Source: Chrysomallon squamiferum (Eukaryota > Animalia > Mollusca). From it: a stretch of 64,000 nt of DNA. Positions 1-14,999 of this stretch are shown here, piece after piece; the stretch's first letter is position 1, and every line of letters starts with the position of its first letter. Under the pieces are notes generated by a model. That model was given only the letters and a program-made list of their open reading frames with translations. It searched no databases and had not been told where the DNA came from. The stretch covers positions 13,392,001-13,456,000 of the forward strand of contig CM022672.1 in the NCBI GenBank assembly GCA_012295275.1. Direction: 5' to 3'. A program made the translations under genes and the position numbers.

Positions 1-296
1 CCATTGTGTATCTTTTAAATCAAAATTAAATAATTTAAGAATTGATTACTTAAATTATTTTCTACACCAAACATTACTAATAAATCGTCTATACAATAAT
101 ATAAAAGAGAAATTCTCTTTTGTTTGTTTAGTTGATTTATTTAATAGTATTCTTTGGTTAGTGCCCGGCGTTTCGTAACATATATCTCATCATTCTTACA
201 TGTTAAGAAAAAATAATTATATTGAAATGATTTTGACGTAGATGTTTCCAAAAACAAAAGGGAATAATGCTGACTGTTTTCGTAGGTTTCATTTTT

Positions 297-300
<4 letters not shown>

Positions 301-380
<80 letters not shown>
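301..380. repeat. (TC)n(TA)n microsatellite
   Basis: Direct reading. Confidence 0.95.
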
Positions 381-895
381 AAATAAATAACATAACTGAT
401 AAGCTATTATAATATGGTTTCAAATAGTCATTAAAGCCTTAGATTACAAATCTAAAAAATGTTTATAAAAATTAAAATTCATAGCTCTTAATTTTGACGA
501 TTTCTGATGCTTCTGGCCAAATTAATTACAGAATGATCCACCATCATCTTTTTGCAATATGTTAATGGGAATGACTGTGACATATTTGCATAATTTAATC
601 ATTTCGTTTTGCCATTTAAACGAATGTGTTGCCACTCACCTTGTGAACGAAAATGTTACGTGACGAACCCACCTGTGACCTAATACATACATTAACTGTT
701 TTACTGTTAGTCAGATCGATGGGCATGTTTAATGTATTTAAAATTAAAACAGTTTACTGACACAGCGTAAATAACATTAACTAACCTGTACAAAAAAAAA
801 AAAAAAAAAAAAGTTTACTTTACGTAAATCATTATAAATAATAAAGAAAGAAAGAATGAAACAAACAAACAAATAAATAAATTAATTCAGTTAAT

Positions 896-1102
896 CTTAT
901 GTTATTTATTTTATATTTTCAGGTCGTTCTACAATAAACACATGTAATTCAATTATTGTTATTTATTTTATATTTTCAGGTCGTTCTACAATAAACACAT
1001 GTAATTCAGTTATTGTTATTTATTTTATATTTTCATGTCGTTCTACAATAAACACATGTAATTCAGTTATGTTATTTATTTTATATTTCCAGGTCGTTCT
1101 AC
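896..1102 (+). repeat. 56-57 bp tandem repeat (about 3.6 copies) containing the exon's splice acceptor
   Basis: Unit gttatttattttatattttcaggtcgttctacaataaacacatgtaattcagttatt; AG at 921, 978 and 1091, mutated to AT at 1035. Confidence 0.9.
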
Positions 1103-1198
1103 GGTGATCTGAGAAACTGGAGAGTGGTGCTTTCCGCTGAGAATCTCGAGATCGACACTGGAAGAGAAATCTACAGACGAATACAGCGAATCATCAGC
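1093..1198 (+). CDS. serine protease exon (WRVVL..IQRIIS)
   Basis: ttccag acceptor, gtgagt donor; joins in frame to the HPGY exon, giving the typical RII-x-HP-x-Y motif. Confidence 0.85.
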
Positions 1199-3296
1199 GT
1201 GAGTAAAACACGAGGATTTTATCTTTGTTTGACACGCACTGAACACAACTGCATGTTCCCAAATAACCTCTATTTTAAAAATCTGAAAATTAATTTTTGT
1301 ATAACCTCACTGACTCTTATAGTATAAAGAAACATCCTGAAGTGAATTTAACATCTCATTTACAATATAACGAGGCTGTGTGTCAGTATAAACACTCACA
1401 CAACATGAATTTACAATGACTGTCAGATGCCTCACATAGCAATGCGTCCAGTATTCATTTTTAGATCCAACAGTTTTAAAGTTGTTAATTTAACACGTAT
1501 GTATGGGTAATAAATAATAATAACGACAGTTTTATTTTGACTTTAATAGGAATCATAGAGGATGAAGTTCATTTTCATGGGAACGTGTAAACACAGCCAT
1601 TATATATATGCAGCACTATAAGTCACAGAGGTTCACTGTTAGAAAATTAAGCAAAACTATATATGTTACGCTTTCAGACTTTACATTATCACAATGAAAT
1701 TTGTGCAGCCATAGTGCCAGTGAAGTTAAAGCACTGTGGCCTATAAGATCAGAAAATTTACACACCCTTGATATACAGTATCTATGATAATTCATATGTA
1801 TGTGACGATACAAATATAATGAAATTCATTTTCAAAGATAAAACGGCATTTTGATTTTAATAGTTTCAGTTCAAACAGGCATCTATATAGCAAACTGTTT
1901 GTTGAAAAGTTCTTAGTGGTTTATATATCAGGACTGGAGATAGTGCAATATGTGTATTTACAATTAGTGTTATATAAATGTAACAAGATATTCGAGTACA
2001 AATACAAAGTCATAGAAAATACACATAACGGATTACTATTACTTTAACACGTAATCTTCATTTCAATAACGATTACTTCGCGTAATACGCAAACTGAGAC
2101 GTAATGAAAAGGATGTGACACAGTATTCAAAACAACTAAGAGAAAAATGGCTATAACGTCCTAATTGTTTTATTTGTAATTTATTTTAAATCAGTATTCA
2201 AAGGTGTGGATGTAATTGTTTTAACATAGTAAGATGCTGTTTATTAACAAGCATGTAATATTGTTTCTGGTGGAAAACTAGTTTTAATACACTTTCTCTG
2301 CAGTAACTGAATACTCAGTTATAGACTGCTTGGATTATTCAGTGTTGTATTAGGAACTATATTTATATTTATCATCAAGAAATACTGAAGATGTATTCTG
2401 AACACAATAATGCACAATCGACTATTTGCATTTAATGACAGGTGTTCTTATGGCGAAAAATATAGCGAAGTGTAGTGGCATGGGACTATTATTTCATAAT
2501 TTATAACGAAGAAAACAGTATATATACACACACACACACAGACATTCATATATGCATACATACATAAACATACATACATGCTGATACAGAAACATACATG
2601 GAATCAAACAAATAGACATCCATACGCATATACACATTCTAAACCTCAAAGCTGTTGGAGCTCATAGTTTCACTCACTGAGAGATAAATAACTCAAATAA
2701 CTTGGTTTGTTTGGGTTGGCAGGTATGTGTGAATATGAAACATCAAAAAAAGCTGGCACGTTAAACAGGAAAAACAGACGCCCGTAAAACCTTTCAGTTC
2801 ATATGTACTTGATTTTAATAATACTGTACATTAAAAAGAAATTTTTTTCTTTCTTTCTTTCTTTATTAAAATTAATTTAAAAATAAATAAATAAATAAAT
2901 AATGACGGTAAAAACAACAACAACAATAATAATATATATTTTTATTATTATTATTATTATTATTTATTTATTTTATTTTTTTGTTTGGGGGTTGGAGGTT
3001 GATTTGGGTTTCTTGCTGTTTTTTGTTTTTGTTTTTGTTGTTTTTTAATTGTTTTTTGGTATTTGTCATATATAGTTTATTTTTACATAAGCCATGTAAC
3101 CAATACACAGAACTAGTCGTCAAGTTAATTTTTATGTTTTGACATTTAAAAACACACTGAATTAAATTCGATTTATCTACTATTGTTTATATGTTAATGA
3201 AGTTTTGGAAATAATATTCTAAAGTCGTACGTACTAATTTATTATCTGTTCTGCCTGTTCACATATGCATACACACACACACACACACACACTCAC

Positions 3297-3371
<75 letters not shown>

Positions 3372-3504
3372 TATAATCAGTATTATGATTAGAAAATAAT
3401 ATATTAAATATAATTGCATTTTATAAACCGTTGGTTAAAATGAAAATCCTACAGTTATGCTAAAACACAGAAAGCAACACACAAATATATACAATTACAT
3501 ACAT

Positions 3505-3563
<59 letters not shown>

Positions 3564-4557
3564 CATGAATCACCAACACATAAATATATACATACTCATA
3601 CATACCACAAACATACATAAATACACACACATATGTACAAACATACCTAAGTGTATCTACACACATATATATTTATACACTGTTGACCCTCGATTTCACG
3701 CAACATGCACATTTCCGTGAAATCACGAATGTAAACTTTAACCCTGGAATTTACCGAAATAAATTTAGTACCCATAACAGCTATATCATACAGTAAGTAA
3801 TATAATGACGTAACAGTATAGAGACATAAAAACAAAGTAAACAAAATAATGTCATACAGTGTATGAAAAGTAAAACGTACAGCAGAAAAACGTAGCGTGG
3901 GTTGGGTGAAGTTTGTTAGGTCAGGATGGTTATGGGTCAGTTGTAAAATTTGCTCTTACCTTGGTGGAAAGTGGGTTAAGAAAGGGACTGATATGATCAG
4001 AGAATGGGACTCACAATAACTTTATAATATATATAGAGATAAGGTTTCAAGTGGGAAATGGCGGTGGGTTAAAAAAAATATATTATTTTTCCACATTTGG
4101 TCCGGATTTCCCGAAATTCGGAAAACCGAGGACAGTGAAAACGAGGGTTAACAGTATGTACAAGCAAATGGCAAGCAGTTAAACTGTACGTCTTTCCAAA
4201 CATCTGAAATCATCTTTCAGAAACCTTTACAGTAAATTAAGCTGAAGAATACCGGTCAAGTTTAACAGAAAGTGCTCACTGGCAGCCTTATTCAAATAAT
4301 GCACAGCTACACCATACTTTCCATACGTTAGGTATGCCCCTGTTTATATGTATACACACATGCACAAATGTATTTTATACAGACATCCGTATACTAAAAG
4401 GTTGAAGGTATTCAGCTGTATTCAAACTAGTTGGTAAATAAACAGTTCATACCAAAAGCTATTATAAGATTCAGTCCAGTCTTTTTTATATGTGAATTAT
4501 TTCTGTGTAGAAGATAAGGATTGATTCTGTTTTGATTTATTATAATTATTGTTGTTG

Positions 4558-4610
<53 letters not shown>

Positions 4611-5153
4611 TTATTATTATTATTATTTTTATTATTATTACTTTTTTGTTGTTGTTGTTACTTTTATTATAATTCTTCTTTTTCTTATTATTACTACTAT
4701 TTTTACTACTACTACTGTTACTACTACTACTACCATCATCATCATCATCATCATCATCATTATTATTATTAAAATTAATATTAAACAAAATAGATTTAAT
4801 TCTAAAACTAAAACAAAACTATACATTTGAATCATCATTCTTCTCCGCTTGGTACCAAGGCTGTTACATTCGTGTTGCGCATACCTGTAATTTAAAAACA
4901 GATCGCCAGTGACTTTGAGAGAGACAACACACGCAGTCGACGTCTGTAGATGTTTCTCGTCTGCACAACGCACACATTTCATGAGCAGACGTCGCTGTCA
5001 GAATTAACTGTCAGTTGTTTGTGTGTTTAATGCACGGAGATGTTTGTGTATTGAACTGTTGAAGGTTGCATTAAAAAAATGAAAATGTAATAAAAATAAT
5101 ACAGAAAATTAAAATCGTGGTCACAGTTTTAATAATTTGTTTTACAGATTTTT

Positions 5154-5191
<38 letters not shown>

Positions 5192-8100
5192 TATATCACC
5201 ATCATCAGGTTAGCTTCATCTTAATCATTACTATTACTATTACTGCTACTACTACTACTACTAATACTAATACTAATACTAATACTACCACTACTACTAC
5301 CACCACTACTACTTCCAATTTTACGAAATAAATAAATAAACAAACAAACATACACAGTTTCTCTAATAGACCCACATATTCACTCCACCAATTTCCCCGT
5401 TCTGTAAGCTACTACTTCCGATTTTATTATGAGTGAAATACGTCCTTTGAAAAATTAAAAATAACTTTGCGAATACTACTAGCACTATATCAGCACTATT
5501 ACACTCAGTGACTATATTTAACTGCCCGTCACTTTTAACTTTAGTGCCTTATTATAATGTTAAATTGTCTTTAATTATAAAACAATGATGTATTAATATG
5601 AAATATATAATCTCATATTTTCTCAACACTGAATTCAAAAAACAGAAAGAAAACTAATTAAATGTATAAAAATTAAGAAAAACAACTACAACTACAACAT
5701 AGAATAATAACGACAACAACAGTAACAAATAAAAATAGACCTATCTTCTAACGACATTACCTTTAACATTAAATATGGTTCAGATAGCAACTTACGGTAA
5801 ATTGAATATATCAGTATTGCAACGATATTGCATCTCTAATAATGATATAATAATAAAAGTAATAATAATAATAAGAAGAAGAAGAAGAAGAAGAAGAAGA
5901 TAAGCGAAAATAGCATTAAAATAATCGAAAGAACAGAAATACCTTTTCCCGTTTCGACGTTCAGAAGAAAATGTTGTTACGTCATTTCATTATTCTACCT
6001 CATCTTATTGTTTTACGTCACGTTGAAACCAAGTATGTTTACCATTTGTCAGCGTGATTCTTTTCTGAGGTAGGGAAAATATTTTACTATCAGTTTAAGC
6101 AACTGATACATTAAATAGAGTGCGTTTTTTTATATATATTTTTAAAAACTTCATTTAATCTATATTATTATTGTTATTGCACACAAAGCCGTATTTTCAG
6201 AAAAATAGCAAGCTATTCAAAAGCTTGGTAAGTCGAAAATTTGTTGTTTTTACAAGCGAGTCTGATTTTATTTATTTATTTATTATAGTTTTCAGTTCGT
6301 CTAAAATGTATATCGTCATTCACGTAAATATATTTGTTGTGGTTGTTGATATCTGGGGGGGGGTATATAAAGAAAAAGAAAAAAGGATAAGGTAAAATGA
6401 AATGATGTTATCACTAATAATAACAACAACAACAAACAAACAAAACAAACATAAAGCAAAAAAGAAATACGAGCCATGATCAGGTTCATTCGGCGAACGT
6501 TTTACGCCTAATAATATTTCTTCAAAGTTTTCATCATGACGTATCTGGTGTGCTTTGAATAAAGAAGAACGTGTTCTCTTACATTCAATGAAACTGTTAT
6601 TTTTGCAAACAGATCTATGTGTCTATCTATCTATCTTTGTATCTGTGTGTGTGTGTGTGTGTGTTATTTTTTCTAATTAAGGCACTGTGCACATTTCGCT
6701 CGTCATACTTAGGCTGCTCTGTCGTGAAATTTGGACAGGAGTACACATCACCAAATATTTTCTCAAAGGGGTACTGTTAAAAAAAAAAAGTTTGAAAACC
6801 TCTGATTTAACTTATGATACCATTAACTGCATAAAATCCAGTCTAATAAAATCATTTGAGGACATTAAGGTGCAATTACACCGACTTTTGATCAACTGCA
6901 ATTCAGTGGAAACGAAGTACAGGAGATACACCTCCGCTTAGCTTACAAATGCATGTTTTCTGATTTTATATCTCCATGTAACTTCATCTTTAATACAAAT
7001 AATGATGTCTAAATTGAATTAGTTTTACGTCAAGAAAACAAAATAAAGCCAACTTCTATTCACATTTATTGAGGCGTACAAAACGACCCAGCATTTCAGT
7101 ATGATATAAACGAGTTAAATTACTGATACCCACTAAATACTGTGTCGGGTCGTGGCTCCGTGTTTGGGGCATAAGAGCTTAGTGTCTGTCCTCTTCGGGA
7201 TCCCTCGTTCGTGAACACTCTCGCTACGCGTGCAGAAGGGGATTTACCGGAAAAAAACTATTTTCTCGCTTTTGCCCGAATTTGTAGCGTTAGTTGTCAT
7301 CTGTCTCCCGAGTCGTAAGTTTATGTCCGCCTTGGTAAGTCTCAGCCAGTGTCTTGTGATTGGTTAATCACATTTCGTGGTAAGTGCCACAGTGACGACT
7401 GAAAGATGCTTATAAAAGTTATTTTCTGCTAAATGATAAAAGAGCATCTTATCGAACGCTGGCAGACGATTTTAACTATCATCCATAGAACAGCAAGTTA
7501 CCAATGAGTTGAACACGTTAAATCAAACATTCTTCCTTCAAAATTTACTTTGCTGTGCTATATTTTTCTTTAATTTCTTCTTCTTTTTTTTTTTTTTTTT
7601 AACAAATAATGGAGATTCTGTTAATGAAATATATGGGACATATACGGTGTATTCTATAAAAGATATAGTTGCCGATATATGGCAGAAGTGATAAATAAGG
7701 AAAATGGCGTTGTTGTACTACTAGCCAGACATCGAATCTGTCATCTCTTTATGTATTTTTTATTTATTTATTTATTTTTTATTTTTACTTTTTTTTACTT
7801 TTCCCATGTGATAACAATATTTCGTCTTTTCAAAAAATAAAGTTACTTATGTATATCAATTCGAACATTCTAAATGTTTTTAGAATCCTCTGAAGTGAAT
7901 ACGAATTTTAAAGGTTATAATAGTTAAGCCTACTGTGGACCGAGTTTTTGAATTTCTTGACACAAATGATGTTGTAGAATCAGTGATTTTTCTGATGTTC
8001 CCAGCTGACTACGTGGAGCTGTTTCTTTTTTCTTTTTTTTTGTTAACGGGTAGAATGAAAATACACATAGCAAAACCATTAAACGTTATTAATAATATAT

Positions 8101-11100
8101 TTTAAGATGGTATCTTATTTTTGCACACATAGTAACTGGAATGTGGCTGGGAGTTTCTGTTTGTTTGTTTTGGTGTTGTTTTGTTTTTTCAATATCGTGC
8201 CTTTTTTCTTTCTTCTGTTTCTATTTTATTTTATTTTATTTTATTTTTTTTTTAAATTTAAAATACTTACTAAATTTATTTTTATCTTTTGTAAATTTTT
8301 CTCCAAGAATCTCCTCATCATTCATATCATCTGACCACATGACTTTCTACACTGTAAGTGGTTGAAGTTCATACATGTGAGATTTTAGTGGGATGACAAA
8401 ATGATTTAACTTTGAATATATCTGCTCGAGATGAATCTTACGAATGATTGGTAGATCGGCTTCGTTTAGAAATCACAAACTTCTGATGTTGACGGCCATT
8501 TGTCCATAATGTCAGACATTAAATCGATAATCAGTTTTTCTATTATCATGCTTTTTATACATCACAGAAACCAAAATAAATACTATATTACCGAGTCAGA
8601 TATAAATCAGTTGCTCTCAATGCAAATCGTCATCATGGGTTTATTATCTGAAGTTATGTACCTGACACGACAATGTTTTGCATGACCAACTTGCCCTTGT
8701 TCTTGGTCGATTCCTTATTCCTGTTCATTTCTCGATCATAAAATTTTTTTATTTTTATATCATATAAATACATGTACATAACATATATATCAAATAAATA
8801 ATAATAACAAAGCGCAAAATGTATTTTAAAAAATCTTAACTTGTCAACACTTACGTGTTATGTTAAAAGTCCTTTTGAAAAGTTTTCTGTTTGTTACAAA
8901 AAACAGGATATATTAGGATAATTTGAATAATGAAGACACAAAGTTGATTTGTAAAACTTGGCAGTACTCTTGAACCAGCAGTAACCAATATATGTAAAAT
9001 ACTGTACAAAAAAAAAAAAAAAAAAAAAAAAAAAACGTATTAGTATTGTAAATATTAAGCTGGAGGCAAAAATTGTTAGAACAGTGGTCTACAGATAGGA
9101 AATCTGAAATACAGTAAATCAGAGATATCCGCCTTTTAGTTAATTTCGAGATTTTCCTCAGCACCAGAACAGGAATAAATGGAGAAATTACACTTTCGCT
9201 GCACAGGTTCTGTTAACTCTTCATACTACATCTTGTTTATTTTGGCTAACTGATGGAAGAAATCATTACTATAATCAGACTGTACTTCTACCAAAGTCTT
9301 ATAGATTGTCAAATATTTCTTTGTCTTGTTTGTAGATATAACAACAAAAGACGTTGAGGGGCAAATTTTCCAGTTTAGGCCTTCTTCAGAAGTTACAATA
9401 ACACGATTATCTTTCATTGTAGATTCCTGTAACATTTGATTTTTTTAATACAAATCATAATTTTTTTTTTTTTTTAAATGATTATTTTCCCGTTCATCTG
9501 TTTAAGTGTATGTTCGCTAACTGCCACTAGCAGCACTGTTTTATTATGTATCGTTTTCTTCTTTCTTCTTCCTAAAACCGTCTCGGTATCCGTGACCTAT
9601 TAGGCATGGACAAAAACACATTTACGTACAGGAAATTCTTCCCGTTTTATTAACTACTTAAGTTCATGTATATAAAATCTGTGATGATTTGTCGTTTATT
9701 ATTTTTTCATTTTATTGTTTTGTCAAGAATATACCCAGTCAGTACTGCGTAAGATCCTAGCGAGATCCACTGTTTTGCCGATAACACTGAATGAAAACAC
9801 ATGCAAACGAAAGTAATATTCTTGAGTATCGTATGATACATAGTATGGTTAATTTCATATTTATAAGATGTTTAATTTTGAACATCAGAGGAAAATAATC
9901 TTTTTTTTTTTTTTTGGTTCTTTTTCAGTGTTTTATCATTATAACCTTTAATAACACTAACACCACCACTAACGATATTAGTAAATAATAACATAAAATG
10001 AAATGGTTCCACTTATTGCTTTCAGTACAATTAATAACATTAATAAAGAAAGTAAACAAAATTACTGAAATTAAATAAATAACATTAAAAAAAAAAACTA
10101 TTGAGAACTAATTTTTGTTTTGAGTTTTCTCCCAAAAGGGAGTGGGCCATTCCCGGAGGTACTGCAATACCGGGTCAACCCGTGGCAAAGGCGGAGCAAG
10201 CCCCTAACACTTCGCCTAGTTCCAAAAATCAGTTTAATATCGATGTCCCCCAATGGGGGACGTATCAGATATTAAGCTGATAAGAACAGATACTACACTT
10301 TGATCTTAGCCAAAAGGCCGAGAAGCGATAACTTGTAAGTGTTTTAAGTAAAACTATTAAATATTTAAGAAAGCAATTCGACAGTGGTATATCATTTTAG
10401 AATTATTTAGAAAGATAAATAACTGGATAACAAATATAAGAATTCATGATCAGATGGTAACAAAATCGAATTATGCTTGTTTCTGGTGGCTTGTGTTTTG
10501 TGATTTATTTGATTTGTAAATAGAACTGTGCGACAATTTAACATAAACCTGTATAAATTGCCTTTCTCCGATCCTTAAAACGTAGCTCTGACGAATCATC
10601 GTTCGCGGCATGCTAAAAATAGCTTCTATATTTAGAAAGCCTTAGCTTCTCGGGAAAACACTACTCAGTCTATGCAGCGTATTGTTCGAGCCCTTTATAA
10701 CAAGGGCCGGTAATCATTTTGAGAGGGTGGCCAGACATTTATGCATTGTTTTGGAGGAGGACCAAAAGAGACTTCTGGAAAATAGAAAAATAAATGCAAA
10801 GTAATCAGTATGGAGAAATAAGAAATAGCGAGAACAAATGTAAATAAGTAATATGATAAAATAATATGATAATTGTGAATAAGCTATAATAAAACCACAG
10901 TATCTAACGATGTTGTTAGATCAGGATTGCCATCTGGCCGGATAATTGGTGTCTATGTCAGTAAACCGTGTTTTTATCTTACGTAGGAGGGCCCTTAGCC
11001 ACACCCTAATAAGGCCTCCTTCAAGCTGTGGAAAGTGTTCTCAGTGATATTTAGATGTACTGTTTTCTGTGTTTCTTTAACTTAGTAAAATGGTCCTAAC

Positions 11101-12140
11101 TTATTTACTAAGCACGGATTGCAATTTAGTTTATACCCACTTGTAGAATTCGCTGGTAGCTTTTTTTTTTACTTATTGTAATATTTTATATTGTTGTACT
11201 TTTTCTGAAAATGTCGGTAACATACTTAATATTTACCTAAATGGCCTACTTTAATATAGTTTCTCTCTCTCTGTCTTTTACATTTAATTACATTAAACAT
11301 TAGCTGTAGCAATTCCCTGTCAGCTGCTGGCAATACTGCGTCAACTGCAAACAAAACAAATATAATTATATGCTGCACCACATTGCAGTTTATGAATATC
11401 TTCGACTTGGTCGTTAACATGTAACTCGTCAAAAGTGGTGAAAGTCTGCATCCATCTTTTTTCACTCCATTTGCAATAATAAAAGTAGGTAAAATGATAA
11501 ATTCTGTATTTTTTAAAAATACTTTTAAATTGCCACTTAATCTAGCATAAATAAACTAATATAACTGCCGTATGTGTAACTGCTGCTTCACGCTCATTGC
11601 TTTAGCATGAGATTATCCGCAAATTCAGAGAACATTAAATATTATTAGATTAACTAGGCAAAAAAAAATATACCTCCACTTCAGATGAACTACAAATATT
11701 TTAGCCAAATCAGTAACTGAAACCTTAATTTTTTTTTTTTTTTTTTTCATTGAATTTGGTGTTAACTATGTTGAGGACATTGGCGATTTCGAATATAAAT
11801 CTGTAGACTCTCATTTGTCAAGATAAAGACGTTCTCGAAGAGATTCTGCGATGATCGAGTGAGGACAGCAGCACTTTAGTCTGGACCAGAATCCATCATT
11901 TTTTTTTACGTATCTCTCTCATTGTCACCCGGAGTTCACTTCTTAAATAATAATTTCACTGACTGCATTTTTAATTCTAGTCTGAGCATTGTGCAAAATG
12001 CTTGAGATCAGAATATTTTATTTTTTGATCTAAAAGTTAGATTACAACCATAGAAAACCACCAGTTGTGAATTTCAGGCTTAAATCCATTTATTTCTTAA
12101 CAGTTTGATACTTTAGTGAACAGAATAGAAAACGGCATAA

Positions 12141-12188
<48 letters not shown>

Positions 12189-13227
12189 GTTTTATTCTTA
12201 CTTTGTTGCTATTGACAAATGTAACATCTGTGAGATTTAATGAATTTAAATTGTGTGAAATATTTATAATTTATTCACGTCTGACTTTAACGACATCTGT
12301 CAGTAAGTCGACTATTGATGTTACGACAGTCTTCAGTAACAACGTGTTCATGTGTAGGTCTCTCGCTCTGTCTGTGTGTGTGTGTGTGTGTGTTAATAAA
12401 TTCTGAACCTCTATCGGCTTTCACAGCATTCATTCAAGATACACACAGAATAAATGTTTGCTGTAGATATATTACAAAAACCCCCACCACAAGCGTTTGT
12501 CCAACCTGTATTTTCTACTAGTCATCACAAAGCTTAAAGACTGTTACAGTCCCTAAATATACATGCTTGACATTTAACCATAGTCTGAAATAAAGAATTA
12601 TAGCATGCCATAAGTAACTGCGATCGTTACGTCAGTAATGATTATGATGTTAATGATGTATGGCAGAAACAAAAAAATGTGACTCTTGTTGTGCAACGAT
12701 GTTGATCGTGTCAGTTTTGTAAACATTAAATAAATACTCGAAATTAAATTTGTTTGGTAGACTAATAAGTATAAACACTGGGTTGAGATTCTGATAAGAC
12801 AAAGGACGGATGATGCAGATCCAGTATAGAAATATTATTTTTTAAATAAATCATGTTTAAACGAATATTTAAAATATACACGTATGGAGATACACGTATA
12901 TTCACAGTTACGTTTTATTTATTATCTCGATGTTTTTTTATGCCCTTGGATATTTGTTTAGGTCTAATTACTAGCTAAATATTTCCGTGTAGCTGTTTTA
13001 TATTTCTTCGCATACAGTGCGAATGTATTTGCTATAAAATTTCTTCTTGTATAAGAAAAATACAGCAATTTCACTATGTATGCAACGATGTCAGGACTCT
13101 ACTTGTAAAGAGGTAAAATGGCGGCGTTCAGATGTTTTGTAATAGTATTGTTCTATTGTGATGTTTTGTTATGAGCGGTGATAGGTGACCATAGCAACAA
13201 AACAATAGCAAGAATTATATCTATCTG

Positions 13228-13303
<76 letters not shown>

Positions 13304-13688
13304 CCTATCTATCTATCTATAAGTGTGTGTGTGGATGTATGTATATATGTGTGTGTGTGTATATCTATATATATATCTGTATGTACATATGTTTGTATGT
13401 ATGTATGTATCTATGTGTATGTATGTATGTGTGTGTATATATATATACACACACGCACACATATAAATTATATTACACCATTTATTTATTAACGTATATG
13501 CTGTTAACAAATATAATTTACATTCAAACCTTTCCAAAAATGATTTTTGTTTAGAGCAAGGACGCAACAGCTGTGCACAAACAATAATTACAAAACAAAA
13601 TCAATGAAGTTTTACGTGGTAAAGCTATAATGTTAGGAGTGAATAAAAAATAATAATTCAACTGAACAAATAAACTTGTTGTACAGTC

Positions 13689-13752
<64 letters not shown>

Positions 13753-14347
13753 CCATCTTGACTTTAAAGCAATGAAAGCTTTCAAAAACACAACTATTAA
13801 TTAATTTAATTATTTCACTTTACGATTCATTATATTTCTATCTCTGAAACGATAAATAAATAAAAACTGACAATAAAGTAATAAGCTCATTAGAATACAA
13901 GATAAGTTATTGTTTTTCGTTTGTTTTTTTTCATAACGCAGATGAATATATTAAAATCTAGATTTCTATAAGGTTTCTATTTTTATGATGTAATATTACT
14001 CTGAAGAAAAAAATATCAACCTTTTTGCAGTTCTGTGAATTTTGTTATTTAACATATTTTAAAAGTATTTTTTAATGAAAACAAATAAATAAATAAATAA
14101 ATACAAATATTTATATATATATGAAAAGTAACTTCAGAAAGATATAAATATTAGGTTTAATATTACAATAGATTAGATCGCTATTTTACGTGAATCAGCT
14201 AGAATTATTGATATATATTATTTGTGAGCACGTAACTTTAACTGATTTTACGATATTGAGGTTTGACTTTGGAGAACACAGCTGCAAAGTATTGGAAATT
14301 TTTTATTTGAATCACCACATATGCCACTTATCCATAATTATCTAAAT

Positions 14348-14383
<36 letters not shown>

Positions 14384-14537
14384 ATGTCATGTTAGAAGAG
14401 TTCCTCTATTTTCTCAAATTTGCGGTTCTCAAATCTTTGGTCTCTTAAAATGTTTGAGGAACATAAAAAGATTTCGTTTGTGTGGTTATACTTAATAAGT
14501 TCACAGTATTTGAAATTTAAAAAGTTAATAATAGCAT

Positions 14538-14568
<31 letters not shown>

Positions 14569-14967
14569 GTTAGTTAGTTTTTCTTAAAACATAAGTTGTA
14601 GAATTATTTTTATGCATTTTTAATCTATTAAGGTCCTTATATATATATATATATATAAAACGTATATATATATATATATATATAAATATATATAAATATA
14701 TAAACAAAAAAAACATTTTGTAAACAAATTTTTGTACTATTTTTTATATATATCATCAATCCTTGATTATTATTATTATTATATATAATAAGAACGTTTT
14801 CTTAGGTCTTTAGACTCCAAAACTAGTGGTATGGATTATATATTAAAGGTTACCTTTTTTCTCCCAAGCCAAGTACAAGACATTACGTTGTTTGTTGATT
14901 CGTTTTGTTTTCTTTTGTTTTGGTATTTTTTAATTTTTTAATTATATTTTTATTTATTTATTATATA

Positions 14968-14999
<32 letters not shown>

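Noticed and set aside
896-1102. Repeat array as CRISPR
   Set aside because: No unique spacers, eukaryotic context and no cas genes.
13116-13126. AAAATGGCGGC YY1-like motif as an internal promoter
   Set aside because: Isolated motif with no associated exon or ORF.
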